Source of the DNA: Candidatus Saccharimonadota bacterium
GTDB taxonomy: Bacteria > Bacillota_I > Bacilli_A > Mycoplasmatales > Hepatoplasmataceae
Reading direction: 5' to 3'
NCBI RefSeq assembly: GCF_000582535.1
Contig: NZ_CP006932.1
Coordinates: 540,001 to 572,000 of the forward strand
Length of the DNA stretch: 32,000 bases
The notes under the pieces are model-generated. The model worked only from the letters and a program-made list of their open reading frames with translations, had not been told where the DNA came from and did no database searches. Both the position numbers and the translations under genes were made by a program. Of this stretch, positions 9,575-24,454 are shown piece by piece (the stretch's first letter is position 1; each line of letters starts with the position of its first letter).

Positions 9575-10309
9575 ATGGAATGAGAATGATTAAATAATAA
9601 ATTAAAAAATTATGAAATAGATTTTGAAATAGTTAATAAAAGATTAGAAAATCATAAAAATGAATTTAATTTTTGAAAAATTCAAATTGAAAATTATTAT
9701 AACTTAATGAAAAATAATTATATCAAAAAATATTTTGAAAAAATAGAAGAATTAGAAACATTTATTAATGAAAATCAAATAAATGATTTATCTAAATTAA
9801 ATAATTTTTTAAATTCAAATGGGGGTAAAATTGATGAATTTTATTATGAACACTTAAATTTAATAAAAACTGATTCATTAAAAAATTATTTAAAAAATTT
9901 TATATTTTTCTCTTTTGAAGGAAGTATAAATAATTTAATTATGTTAGAAAAAATAATAGACGATATAGAACAATACAATAAAAATGAAAATCAAAAAAAT
10001 TTAAAAATAATAATGGATTTTTTATTTAAAATTCTATTTAAGGAAATTATTGAAAATTTTGAATTGGCTAAATCAAAATTTGAATATCTATTACAAAATA
10101 ATGTTTTAATAAAAAAATGTAGTAAATTAAAAATCAATAATAATTTAAATTATTGATCAAAATACTTTGATCTTTTCTTTAATGAAAATGCTATTTTTAT
10201 AAGTGAAGCAGAAAAATTTGCAGAAAATCATCAATTTAAATTGATGAAAAGTATTAAAAAATTTAAAATATTTTGATTTTTACCAGAGAATTTTGAAAAA
10301 AATAAATAA
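9575..10309 (+). CDS. Hypothetical Asn/Lys-rich protein (244 aa), possibly the 5-prime part of a disrupted gene
   Basis: ATG at 9575 (MEWEWLNNKL..., both W are TGA). It reads through several TGA codons and the 9707-10156 track ORF to TAA at 10307-10309. No family recognised. Confidence 0.55.
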
Positions 10310-10721
10310 AATTTACTTTTGAAGAAAAATGTTGAAAAAATGATTGATTAGAAAAAAATAATTTCATTTTTGAAAAAATTAAGCAAGAGAGAAATTTTTT
10401 TGTACATAAATACAATTTAGATGATACTCTGCTAATATTATCAATTTTAAATGTAGGAAAAGAAAAATTAAAAGAATTTTCTAATATTTTTTTTCAAAAT
10501 TATAAAATTTCTCTTTTTTTATTTATTTCTTTTTTAAAAAAAATAAACCAATTATTTTTAAATTTAATTGAAAATGAAGTTATAAAAAAGCAAAAAAAAT
10601 AGATTTTAAAAAAGTTGAAGAAATTGATGATTTGAAAGAATATTTTAATTTTATTAAAAAATATAATTATAATGAAATACAAATTATTGATGTTTTTTAC
10701 AGTTTTATTAAAATTAAATAA
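10306..10721 (+). pseudogene. Out-of-frame coding remnants downstream of the 9575-10309 CDS
   Basis: Two protein-like open frames have no start codon. The first runs 10306-10602 and ends ...NLIENEVIKKQKK-TAG. The second is open from 10506; its protein-like part begins near 10602 (DFKKVEEIDDLKEYFNFIKKYNYNEIQIIDVFYSFIKIK) and ends at TAA 10719-10721. One extra A in the A8 tract at 10592-10599 would fuse them. Confidence 0.45.
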
Positions 10722-10795
10722 AAAAAAGGTAAATATAATAATGGATTGTTAAAACATATTATAACGCTTATTGTAATTTATAAATAGTACAAAAA

Positions 10796-10816
10796 AGAGA
10801 GTACGAAGTACTCTCT
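10796..10816. terminator. Bidirectional terminator hairpin
   Basis: AGAGAGTAC-GAA-GTACTCTCT is a perfect 9-bp stem flanked by A6 and T4. It sits between the convergent plus-strand remnant and the minus-strand small membrane gene. Confidence 0.75.
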
Positions 10817-10831
10817 TTTACTTTATTTTTC

Positions 10832-11056
10832 CTATACAAATCAAATTCAATAAATTCCAACTATAATCGCAGGAATTCAAAAGATTACAAAAACTACTGA
10901 AACAATTATTCTAATTGCCATGTTTTTTTTCATTCATTCAAATGATTCTGTTGAGAATCAAACAATGAATAAATTCAACAATCAAACAAATGCCATTATT
11001 GTAGCAACAATCTTTCATCCAGTACCACTTTTTAATTTATTTTTGAAATCGTCCAT
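10832..11056 (-). CDS. Hypothetical small membrane protein (74 aa, 2 predicted TM helices)
   Basis: Invisible to standard-code ORF calling because it contains 7 TGA (Trp) codons. The RBS AAGGGGGACTAACAGT precedes ATG at 11056; the stop is TAG at 10832-10834. Translation: MDDFKNKLKSGTGWKIVATIMAFVWLLNLFIVWFSTESFEWMKKNMAIRIIVSVVFVIFWIPAIIVGIYWIWFV. Confidence 0.6.
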
Positions 11057-11117
11057 ACTGTTAGTCCCCCTTATTTTGCTATTATAACACAGAAAAAATT
11101 AAAAATATATTTTGTAT

Positions 11118-13070
11118 TTAATAATTACTTTTAAGTTCTGTAATAAGATCTCGTAATTTTATAGCTCTTTCAAAATCATATTCTTTTGCTGCTTTTTTCA
11201 TTTCTTTTTCAAGAACAGCAATTTTTTGTTTTGATTTTAATGATGATAATTTTAGTTTTTTATCTAATTCAAATTCTTTAATTAAAGGTTGAGGAATTGT
11301 CTTTTTAATAGTAACAGGAGTAATATGATGTTTCTTATTAAATTCTAATTGAATCGCTCTTCTCCGATTAGTTTCATCAATTGCTCCTTGCATTGAATTG
11401 GTAATTTTTTTTGCATAAAGAATTGCTTTTCCGTTTACATTTCTTGCAACTCTTCCAATCATTTGAATAAGTGATCTTTTATTTCTTAAAAATCCATCCT
11501 TATCAGCATCTAAAATTACAATTAAGGAAACTTCAGGAACATCTAATCCTTCTCTTAAAAGATTAATTCCAACTATTGCATCATAAAAACCAACTCTTAA
11601 TTTCCTAATTACTTCTTCTCGTTCAAATGTTTTTAAATCACTATGTAAATAAGCAACAGAAAATTCTGTTTCAGTAAGATATTTTGCAATATCTTCTGCT
11701 AATTTTTTTGTAATAGTATTTACAAAGACACGTTCATTATTTTTCTTACGTTCTCTTATTTGATTTGCAATATCTTCTAATTGATTTTCAACATTTTTAA
11801 TTTCAATTATAGGATCTAATAAACCGGTCGGTCTTATAATTTGTTCTACATATTGATTTTTTGTTTTCTTAAGTTCATAATCACCAGGAGTAGCAGAAAC
11901 AAAAATTACTTGATTCATTCGATCTTCAAATTCATGGAATCTAAGTGGACGATTATCAAGTGCACTTGGTAATCTAAATCCATATTCTACCAATGATTTT
12001 TTACGAGAATAATCTCCTTCGTACATTCCTCCTATTTGTGGAATTGTAATATGAGACTCATCTACAATAAGTAAATAATCTTTTGGAAAATAAGAAAATA
12101 AAGTAGCTGGTGGTTCATTATGTTTTCTTCAAGGTTCAAAATAAATTGAATAATTTTCAATTCCTGAAGTAATTCCAAATTCTCTTAATTGCTCAAGATC
12201 ATAATTTGTTCGATTTTCAATTCGTTGTTTTTCTAATAAAAGATTTTTTTCTTCAAAATATTTTATTCGCTTCTCAAGATCTTTTTTAATATTTACTATT
12301 GCATTTTTTAAAAGATCAGAGGAAACTACATTTGCATCAGCAGGGGTAATTGTAAAATGATTATATCTTTCTATTATTGTTTTTTTAAGCGAATCAATTG
12401 CTACAATTTCTGTAATTTCATCTCCGAAAAAATCAATTCTTATATTAAATTGATCAGATCAAGCAGGAACTAATTCCACAACATCTCCTCTAAGAATAAA
12501 AGAACCAGGAAAGAGATCTTCTCCTCGTTTGTAACCCAAACTAACAATTTTTGTAAGAAATTCTTTTCTTGTAATTTTATTTCCTAAAGAAATTTCAAAA
12601 TGATGTTTTTTATATTCTGAGGGTTCACGATGACCATAAATAGCAGCAACAGAAGCAACTACAATTACATCATTTTGTGATGTAAGAGCATTTAATGTTG
12701 AATTTCGCATCATTTCAATCTGTCAATTTTGAACAGATCTTTTTTCTACATATAAATCTTTTTTTGGAAGATAAGCTTCTGGCTGATAGAAATCAAAATT
12801 AGAAATATAATATTCTATACGATTGGAAGGAAAAAGTTCCTTAAACTCTACGTAAAGTTGATTTGCAAGCGTTTTATTATGTGCTAGTACAAGCGTAGGT
12901 TTATTAAGATTTTTAATTACGTTTGCAATTGTAAATGTTTTTCCTGTTCCTGTAGCACCTAATAAAATATTATATTTAGTTTTATTTTTGATTGAATCAG
13001 TTAATTTAACAATTGCTTGTCCTTGATCTCCTGCTGGTCTTTTTTCTGTAGTTAATGAAAATTTTTCCAT
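11118..13070 (-). CDS. uvrB: Excinuclease ABC subunit B
   Basis: Fragments 12723-13070, 12459-12713 and 11118-12026 share one frame and are joined through TGA codons (650 aa). It has the Walker A motif GATGTGKT, helicase motifs, and the C-terminal UVR domain ([11 protein letters not shown]). Confidence 0.96.
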
Positions 13071-13074
13071 AAAG

Positions 13075-14061
13075 TTATTTTAAGATATCTTTTAGATAAA
13101 AAATAACTCCTCCTTTTAATACAATTTCTGATCAATCTACTTCTAATATATTTGCTTCTTTAATTCAATCATTTAATGATAAATCATAATTATAATTAAA
13201 TTCAAACATCTTATTTTTCTTATAAGTTCTTACAATAACTTTTGGAATCTTATCTCCAATTTTATAATTAAGTTCAACTAATACTGTTTTTACTTTTTTT
13301 TGTTGTGATATCTTATAAGCAAGTTTCGAAGCAATTAAAACACCAGTTTTATCAACTTTTGAAAAGTCTTTTCCACAAAATGCTCCACCACCATGTGAAA
13401 CTCCTGCTCCAAAAGCATCAATCATTAATTTTCTTCCTGTAAGTCCAGTATCTGAAAGGGGACCACCAATTAATCATTCTCCTTTTGGATTTACAATTAC
13501 ATTAATTTTTAAGTTATATTTTAAAAATTGCTGCTTAAGAAATAAATTAATATTTGGATGGACTTTTGCTTTTACTCCACAAACAGAAATTGAAAGTTCT
13601 TTTAATTCTTGATTAAAAAGTAATTTTCAATCAGGTGCAATCGGAAATTTTTTTTGTAAACTATCAATAATTTGATAGAGCATAATAATTCTTTCATATC
13701 TTTTTTGATTATAAAAACCATAGATAACACCTTGATCAGCAGCAACAATCTCTTCTTGTTGAATTTTAATAAGTTCAGGAGACTGAGCTTTGATATCATT
13801 TATAATTCTTACATTTTGATAATTTGGTCATCATTTATTTCCATAAACTTTTTCAATTGCTTCATAAACTAATTTTTTATAATCAATTTTTGCCTTCGAA
13901 TATATTTCTCCTCCCAAAAAAACAATATTGCGAGTTACCATTACTTCTGCTGCAACTTTTGCTTTTTGATCTTGTTTTAAATTTTCTACTAAAATTTTTT
14001 CAGAAATATAATCAGCAAAGCGATCCGGATGTCCATAACCAACTAATTCTATTGTTTTCAT
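13075..14061 (-). CDS. metK: S-adenosylmethionine synthetase (short, divergent form)
   Basis: The frame was followed codon by codon from ATG 14061 to TAA at 13075-13077 (328 aa). Conserved motifs: [37 protein letters not shown]. The stop lies 5 nt before the uvrB start. Confidence 0.85.
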
Positions 14062-14066
14062 TTAAA

Positions 14067-14453
14067 TTATTTTTTTAACATTTGATAAATTTCTTCGATA
14101 CTTAAATTATTCAATCTTTGTGATGTTTGTCCATCAAAAAAAGGAATAATATGCATATGTGTATGAAAAACTTTTTGTCCAGCAAAAGCTCCATTATTGA
14201 AAAGAATCTTTGTTCCTTTTGCTTTTAATTTTTTCTCTTGTAAATCGCTTATTTTTTTTGCTGTTTTAAATAAAGCAAGGATAGTTTTATCGTCCTCTTG
14301 ATAAATATTTTCTTTTCATATTTTGGGAATAATAAGAATATGCCCCGGATTAAAAGGATAGATATCCATAATCACAATCAAAAGATTATCTTCGTATAAT
14401 TTTAACGCTTCTGTTTTACCTTCTATAATTTTTAAAAATATTTCTTTTTCCAT
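14067..14453 (-). CDS. HIT-family nucleotide hydrolase/transferase
   Basis: Absent from the track because of an internal TGA. ATG at 14453, TAA at 14067-14069 (128 aa). It has the histidine triad HTHMHIIP and an N-terminus MEKEIFLKIIEGK typical of HinT-like proteins. Confidence 0.85.
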
Positions 14454-14484
14454 TTTTATTCCTTGTACACTTTTATATATTTAA

Positions 14485-15894
14485 TTAAACTGTTATTTTA
14501 CGGAATTCTCTTTTTGTAGCTAATAAAACTTTTGTATTTTTCTTAATTCCTGCATCAATTAATAATTTTCTTACTTTTTTATCATCATTATAATCTGATA
14601 GATTTAAATGATGTTGTGCATATACACCATAAGTTGAACCAAATTTATTTACTTTATTTTTATCTTTTATAAAACCTAAAATAATTGCATTAGCACGAAA
14701 TCTTGAAAGAGCATTAATCATTCTTCCTTTTTCTGAAAATACAGCAATATATTTTGCATCATTTGTGAGAGCCTTTTTTGCTACAAGATATGCTGTTTCT
14801 GCATTAGATGAATCAACATAAGCATATGCTTTTTCATAAGAATCTAAATAATTATAATTTTTCTCTGCTTCTAAATCAATTCGAGACATTGTTTCTACTG
14901 ATTCTAAAGGAAAATCCCCTGATGCTGATTCTCCCGAAAGCATTGTAGCATCAGTTCCTGAAATTGCTGCATAATAAATATCAGTAACTTCTGCTCTTGT
15001 AGGTCTTGGATTTTCCATCATTGAATCTAGCATTTGTGTTGCTATTACAATTGGTTTTCCTCATGCTCTACATTTTTCAATTACAAGTTTTTCATAGAAA
15101 GGAACTTCATAATAAGGAATTTCAACACCCAAATCTCCTCTTGCTAGCATAATTGCATCAGAATGATTGATAATTTCATTTAAATTTTCAATTGCTTTTA
15201 ATGCTTCAATTTTAGACATAATAAGAACTTCTTGTCCATCATTTTGATCTAAAAATTTTCTTAAATCAATTAAATCTTTTTGATTACGAACAAAAGAAGC
15301 AGCAACATAATCAATTCCTTCTTTAATCCCTCATTTGATAAAATCTTTATCATGTTTATTTAAAAAAGGAAGAGTAAGATCAGCACCAGGAATATTTACA
15401 GCTTTTTTTGTTCCAATAAAGTGATTATTTTCTGCTTTTACTGTTACTATTCCATTTTCTTGATCAATATTTTTTACAATAAGAGAAAGTTTTCCATCAT
15501 CTACCATAATTAATTGACCAATTCTTACTGTATTAGCAAGATCTCCATAAGTAACAGAAAATTTATTATCTTTTCCAATAATTTCTTCTTTACAATAAAT
15601 TTTTAATAATTCATTTCTTTTTACTTTAATTTTTCCACCTTCGATTTGATGAATTCTAATTTCTGGTCCTTTTGTATCCAAAAGAATAGAAATCGGTAGA
15701 TCTAATTTTGCTCTTACATTTTTAATTGCTTTAATTCTTTTTCCGTGTTCTTCTTGATCACCATGAGAAATATTTAAACGAACAACATTAACACCATTTT
15801 TAAACATTTTCTCCATCAATTCTTCTGTTTCAAATGTCGGTCCTGCTGTTGCAATTATTTTTGTTTTTTTGATAAAAGTATTATTTAATTTCAT
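14485..15894 (-). CDS. pyk: Pyruvate kinase
   Basis: Fragments 15331-15894 and 14485-15033 share one frame and are joined through TGA codons (469 aa). Motifs: [35 protein letters not shown]. Confidence 0.95.
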
Positions 15895-15914
15895 AAATTT
15901 TTTGTGCTTTCTTG

Positions 15915-16871
15915 TTATACGATTTCGTCATACTCACTTAATATTTTTTGTTTTGAAGGTCTTTCCATTTTTACTATATCAAGAATTGGTTTTGTTTGAA
16001 ATTTATTGTTTACAATATTTACGGCAACTCCTGTTTTTCCTTTAATAAGCATTTTAACAGCATAATTAGCCATTCTAATTGTAAGTAGTCTTTCAATTGC
16101 GTTTGCTCGTCCTCCTCTTTGAATATGTCCTAATATTGTAACTTTTGTTTCTTGTTTAGTTGCTCTTTCAATTTCTTCTGCTATTTTATTTAAATCATCA
16201 TACATAAGTTCAGAGACAAGAACAATTTTTGAACGTTTAGAATCACTTGCTAATAATTTATCAATCATTTGTTTTGTTGTCAATTTTCTTTCAGGAACTG
16301 AAAGAACTTCTGCTCCTGTAATAATTGCAGCATTAATTGCAAGATCACCGCAACCATGACCCATAGTTTCAACAACATTAATTCGATTATGTGATTCTGA
16401 TGTATCTCTTAAATTATCAATTGCATTTGTAATTGTTTCAAGTGCTGTATTAAAACCAATTGTAAAATCTGTAGATGAAATATCATTATCAATTGTTCCC
16501 GGAAGACCAATTGTTTTAATTCCCATTTCTGTAAGTCTTGCTGCACCTTTATAAGTTCCATCTCCCCCTATACAAACAAGTGCTTCTATTCCTTCTGCTT
16601 TTAAGTTTTCTACCGCTTTTTTGCGAATATCTAAATCCGCAAATTGGGGAAATCTTGCAGAATAAATTACTGTTCCACCCTTACGATCAATAAACTTAAC
16701 TTCTTCTTTACTTATCTTTTCAAAATTATTTTCATAAAGTCCTTTATAACCTTCGAAAACAACATAGGGTTCAATATTATTATTTATTGCAGAATTTACA
16801 ACTGCTTTTAAAGCTACATTCATTCCAGGACAATCGCCCCCTGATGTTAAAATAGCGATTTTCTTAATCAT
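15915..16871 (-). CDS. pfkA: ATP-dependent 6-phosphofructokinase
   Basis: Intact 318-aa ORF. Motifs: ILTSGGDCPGMN, IGGDGTY, GLPGTIDND, GHIQRGG. Confidence 0.96.
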   Translation of the reverse strand: MIKKIAILTSGGDCPGMNVALKAVVNSAINNNIEPYVVFEGYKGLYENNFEKISKEEVKFIDRKGGTVIYSARFPQFADLDIRKKAVENLKAEGIEALVCIGGDGTYKGAARLTEMGIKTIGLPGTIDNDISSTDFTIGFNTALETITNAIDNLRDTSESHNRINVVETMGHGCGDLAINAAIITGAEVLSVPERKLTTKQMIDKLLASDSKRSKIVLVSELMYDDLNKIAEEIERATKQETKVTILGHIQRGGRANAIERLLTIRMANYAVKMLIKGKTGVAVNIVNNKFQTKPILDIVKMERPSKQKILSEYDEIV

Positions 16872-16938
16872 TATTTTTCCTTTTCATATTTAAAGTAAAA
16901 AGAAAGCGAAAAATTATCCACTTTCTTTTTAAAAAAAT

Positions 16939-18237
<1,299 letters not shown>

Positions 18238-18408
18238 AAAATTATATATCTCCTTGTTTAAGATTTTATTAAAAAATACTTTAAGTGTCAGTTTAATTAA
18301 AAAATCAAACTATATATACTTTTGTATATATATAAAAAAATTATAAACAAATTGAAATAAAAAAACGTAAGAAATTTAGGAAAATTAATATTAAATAAAA
18401 TAAAAAAA

Positions 18409-18428
18409 CCCTTGTTTTTGAACAAGAA
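18409..18428 (-). terminator. rpmE terminator
   Basis: On the minus strand, CUUCUUGUU-CAAA-AACAAGGG is followed by U7, about 35 nt after the rpmE stop. Confidence 0.65.
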
Positions 18429-18461
18429 GTTTTATTATTTTATTTAAAAAGAATTAGGAAA

Positions 18462-18671
18462 TTATTTTTTTTGCTGTAGAGCTCTTTTGTTGAATTTGTC
18501 AATTCTTCCAGCTTTTGTATTAGCTCCCATTTTACCTGTATAAAAAGGGTGACATTTTGAACAAACATCAATATGTAATTCTTCTTTTGTTGAATTAACT
18601 TTAAATTCTGTTCCACATGTAGCACATTTTACTAAAATTGTATGATACGTTGGATGAAAATTTTCTTTCAT
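18462..18671 (-). CDS. rpmE: 50S ribosomal protein L31
   Basis: MKENFHPTYHTILVKCATCGTEFKVNST...CSKCHPFYTG is the typical zinc-binding L31 sequence (69 aa). Confidence 0.95.
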   Translation of the reverse strand: MKENFHPTYHTILVKCATCGTEFKVNSTKEELHIDVCSKCHPFYTGKMGANTKAGRIDKFNKRALQQKK

Positions 18672-18741
18672 AGCAATTCTCCTTTTTCTTCTTATTAAGT
18701 TTTAAAAGTATAACAATTTTTATCAAAATTTAGATATACTA

Positions 18742-19605
18742 TTAAGCTTTATTTGCTGTTCCAAATAATTTGATTTTTTCAGAAACTGTTTCTTTCATAT
18801 ATTTATATGCATATGTTCCAATTATTTTTCTTGGATCATATCCAGTTCCTTTTTGATCAAGTTTTTCTTCAATATATTTACGAATTCCTTTTGCAAAAGC
18901 TTCTTGAATTTCTGTATTTACATTAATCTTAGCTTCGCCACAACCAATTGCTTTTTTGATTTGATCATTAGGAATTCCACTTCCACCATGTAATACTAAA
19001 GGTAAATTAGTTGCTTTTGCATATTTAGACATTTCTTTGAAACCAAGTTTAGGTGTTCCCTGATAATGTCCATGTACTGAACCTAAAGAAGCAGCTAGCA
19101 TTGTAATTCCAGTAGTAGTGATTCTTTCACATTCTTCAAGCGAAGCATAATTTATACCACCAACAATACCATCTTCTGTTCCACCAACAGTTCCAACTTC
19201 TGCTTCTACTGAAGCATTGTGTTTATTAGCATAATTTACAACTTCTTGTGTTCTTTTTACATTTTCATTAATTTCTAATTCTGATCCATCAAACATTACA
19301 GATTTATATCCAGCATCCATTGCTTTTTTACAATTTTCAACAGATTGCCCATGATCTAAATGTAAAACAACAGGAACAGTAATTTTTAGATCTTTCATTA
19401 AACCTTCTACCATTCCGACTATTGCATTAAAACCACCCATATATTTTACAGCACCTTCTGATGTTCCTAAAATTACTGGAGCTTTTTTTTCTTGCGAAAC
19501 TTCAAGAACAGCTTTTGCTCATTCTAAATTATTGATATTGTATTGACCAACAGCATATTTACCTTTTTTTGCATCATTTAGAATTTTTTTGGCATTTGAT
19601 AACAT
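18742..19605 (-). CDS. fba: Class II fructose-bisphosphate aldolase
   Basis: The track fragment extends upstream through a TGA to ATG at 19605 (287 aa). Motifs: YAVGQYNINNLEW, HLDHG, GSVHG, LVLHGGSG. Confidence 0.93.
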
Positions 19606-19678
19606 AGTATTTCCTTTTGTTTATATTTATTAAGCTTCTTATTTTTAAGTATATAGATAAATAATTTTGTACTTAAAA

Positions 19679-20059
19679 TTAATTTTCTTCTTCTTCGATT
19701 TCTTGATAAATTGAAGGAGTATCAATTTCTTCTTCTTCATCCTCATCAAGAGTAAGATCATTATCTTTTAATAATTCTTCACTATCTTCTTTTTCGATTT
19801 GATTTCCAAAGACTTTAATATTAATATCTTCAATCTCTGAAAGAGAATATTTTCCTTTTAAATCTCAAGTATCATCACCTATCATAATTAGTCTTTCATC
19901 ATTCATCATTGATATGAAAAAGTCTGATTTGATATTTGCTTCTTTTTTGATAGTTTTAATCTCTAAAAACAGATCATCTTTTACATGATCTCAAACTTCA
20001 CTAAATTTTTTCTTTCCAGTTTTTGTAATAAAGTCTATTGCTAAATCTACATTCAACAT
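19679..20059 (-). CDS. rpoE: DNA-directed RNA polymerase delta subunit
   Basis: Absent from the track (2 internal TGA codons). The RBS AAGGAGATATTAAT precedes ATG at 20059; the stop is TAA at 19679-19681 (126 aa). The N-terminal HARE-HTH-like domain (DFFISMMNDERLIMIGDDTWDLKGKY) and the strongly acidic C-terminal tail (LDEDEEEEID...EIEEEEN) are the RpoE hallmarks. Confidence 0.8.
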
Positions 20060-20135
20060 ATTAATATCTCCTTGAAACTTAATAATCTGTATTTTTTATA
20101 TAATAAAAATATTATATTAGATAAATCTAATTAAT

Positions 20136-21788
20136 CTACATTTTTTTGATAGGTTCTATTTTTAATATATTAAAAATACGTTCAAATAAATTTTTTAAAC
20201 TAATTATTAAAAGTAATCTTTCTTCTTCTATTTCTTTATTTTTATTAATTATTTTGCAACTATTATAATAAGCATGAAATGCTTGTGCTAATTCTTTTAA
20301 ATAATTAATAAGAATTAGTGGTTCACGATTATTTGCTGCTTGTAATATTTGGTCTGCAAAAGCAATAATTTTTAATAAAAGATTTTGTTCAGCTTGCTCT
20401 TTTCCTAAATAAAAATAATCATTTTTTAATTTTAAATTAGCAATAGTTTTTGCTTCTACTTTATTTAGTAATTGATTAATTCTTGAATTTGCATATTGAA
20501 TATATCAATAAATATTATTATTTATATCTTTTTTATTTACTTTTGCAATATCAATTGAATGCATTTGTGATTTTGCTTTTGCAAGAATTGAAAATTTAAA
20601 AGCAGGAACATCAATAAGATCTAAGATTTCACGAATTCTTATTGCTGTTCCTTTTCGTTTGGACATTTTAAATTCTTGACCATTTTCTAATAATTTAACA
20701 AGGGTAATATAATCAATTTTTAATTTATTAGAATCATATCCTAATATCTCTAATCCTGCTTTAATTCTTGCTTCATATCCATGATGATCTGCTCCTCAAA
20801 GATCAATCATTAAATCATATCCACCTTGATATTTTTTAACATGATTTGCAAAATCAGCAACCATATAAGTATAAGTAAGATCTTTTTTAATTAAAACTCT
20901 GTCTTTTGGATCACCAAAGGCCGATGTTTTAATTCAAATTGCATCATCTTTTTTATAATAATATTTGCTTTTTTGAAATTTAGCTAAAATTTTATCAACT
21001 TTTTTATCTTCAATTAATTTTTTATCAGAAGTAAAAATATCATAATTAGCAACATTTAAAGCTTTTAAATCCTTTTTAATTTCTTCTAAAAAATGATCAA
21101 CAGCTAATTTTTTAATTTTAATAATTGCTTGTTCTTTATTTTTATCTATAAATAAATCTTGATGATTTTTTGCAAGATAAGAAGCATAATCAATTATTTC
21201 ATAACCATTATATTGAGAATTATCTTGATCACTTTTTTTAATATTTAATTTAATTAAAGCGTGATTATAAATAGAGTGAGCAAGATTATCGATTTGTACT
21301 CCTGCATCATTTATATAATATTCTCTTATTACATCATGACCAACATATTTTAAAATCATTACAGTTGTTTCCCCGATTATTGCATGTCGAGCATGACCAA
21401 GATGTAAATATCCTGTTGGATTTGCAGAAACAAATTCATAGTTTATCTTTAGTTTTTGAAGTGTATTAAATTTATCATGATAATTTTTATCAAAATAAGA
21501 AAGGGCATATTTAATAATTTCTTTTTCATTAATAAAAAAATTAATGAATCCTGGTTTAGTAATTGTAATATCTTTAAAAAGGGAAACTTTTAAAAGATAT
21601 TCTTTAATTTCATTTGCAATTATCAAGGGATCTTTATTATTTTTTTTTGCAATGATAATTGCAAGATTTGTATTAAAATCACCAAAATTCTTACTTTTGC
21701 TATTTAAAATAATTATTTTTTCTGTAAAATGTGAAAATTTATTTAAATCAAGATATTTTTTTAAATAGAGAATTATTTTATCTTTCAT
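20136..21788 (-). CDS. argS: Arginine--tRNA ligase
   Basis: The N-terminal 20934-21788 fragment (with [15 protein letters not shown]) continues in frame through TGA codons to ...[18 protein letters not shown] at 20136-20138 (550 aa), a typical ArgRS C-terminus. Confidence 0.93.
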
Positions 21789-22934
21789 TATATTTTTAAA
21801 CCTATCTTTTCTGTTTCTAAATTTTTATAATCTGTAATTTTTAAATTTACTACCGTTGAAACATCGCGTAATTTTTTAATTTTATTATTATCAAATAAAA
21901 TTAAAGCTTCTTTACTATGATTACTTTCTTGATAAAAATAAAAAGAAGTTTTAAGATCAATCTTTTCTCAAGTAAAACCTTCTTCTTCTAATAGATTAGT
22001 AATTTTATTAAAGTCAACAATTGATGCTCTTTTTTGATACATTAAATGATTTGCAATTTTTTTAAGAATTGGATCTTTTTCATTTAATGCTTCTTTAATA
22101 TAAGAAAAAATATCGTAATCATCAAATTCAATAAATTGTTTTACTGTTAATTTTTGATCGAGAAAAAGAGGAATAAATTTTTGATAATTATAATTTAATT
22201 TATTTTGCTTAAATAAAAATTTTAAGCGATTAAAAAATCAAATAAATAGAATTGAACAAGCAACATTTTTTGCACTATTATAAACAACTTTATTCATATG
22301 ATATCTTCCAAGTATCATTGCTTCAATTGTTGATATTGCTTTTTGTAAAAATACTAATTTATTATCAATTATTTTACTATTACGTATTAATCAATTATAT
22401 TCAATTTTCCCATAGTCAAGACCAACATGATAAGAATCTCTCAACAAATAATCTAAGCGATCAACATCTATTTCAGATGAGATTAATTGATTTACCCATT
22501 CTAAATGATATTTCCCTTTTAAAATTAAAGAAACATTTTCAACTAATTTTTTATTTTCTTCATTTAATACTTTATTTATCTCACTATCCTTATCATTAAT
22601 GATAAGTAATGAATATTTTTCATGATTTATATTAGAAATTTTTTCAAATAAATGTGAAAAAGGGCCATGTCCGATATCATGTAATAAAGCAGCAGCTAGC
22701 GTTGATTTATAAGTTAATTCATCTATTTTAATCTGATCTTGAATAATAAATTTATTCAAGAATTTTTTTGCTAATTGATAAGCACCCAAGCTGTGAGCTA
22801 AACGAGTATGAGTTGCTCCAGGAAATAAAAAATTTGTTAATCCTAATTGATTAATTCTTCCTAATCTTTTAAATTCTTTTGTATTAAAAAGCTTTATTAA
22901 AAATTGCTCTTCGAATGTAATATTTTTTAAAACA

Positions 22935-22954
<20 letters not shown>
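21788..22954 (-). CDS. HD-domain phosphohydrolase (dNTPase/SAMHD1-like family)
   Basis: The 22391-22954 fragment (THTRLAHSLG, LLHDIGHGPFSH, DVDRLDYLLRD) reads through TGA codons to TAA at 21788-21790 (388 aa). Its stop overlaps the argS ATG (TAATG), and its start lies 20 nt inside gltX. Confidence 0.8.
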
Positions 22955-24365
<1,411 letters not shown>

Positions 24366-24420
24366 ATATATATTAAATAATTAAAATAATTATACTATTT
24401 AAATTTAATATAATAAAAAA

Positions 24421-24438
24421 GCAAAACTTTCGTTTTGC
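24421..24438. terminator. Bidirectional terminator hairpin
   Basis: GCAAAAC-TTTC-GTTTTGC is flanked by A6 and T4, immediately after the stop of the 157-aa gene. Confidence 0.75.
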
Positions 24439-24454
24439 TTTTAATTACTTTTCT

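Noticed and set aside
16872-16938. Possible eno terminator hairpin (AAAAAGAAAG...CTTTCTTTTT).
   Set aside because: The stem is almost pure A/T with a 14-nt loop and is not distinguishable from background. Since pfkA follows closely, the genes may be co-transcribed.
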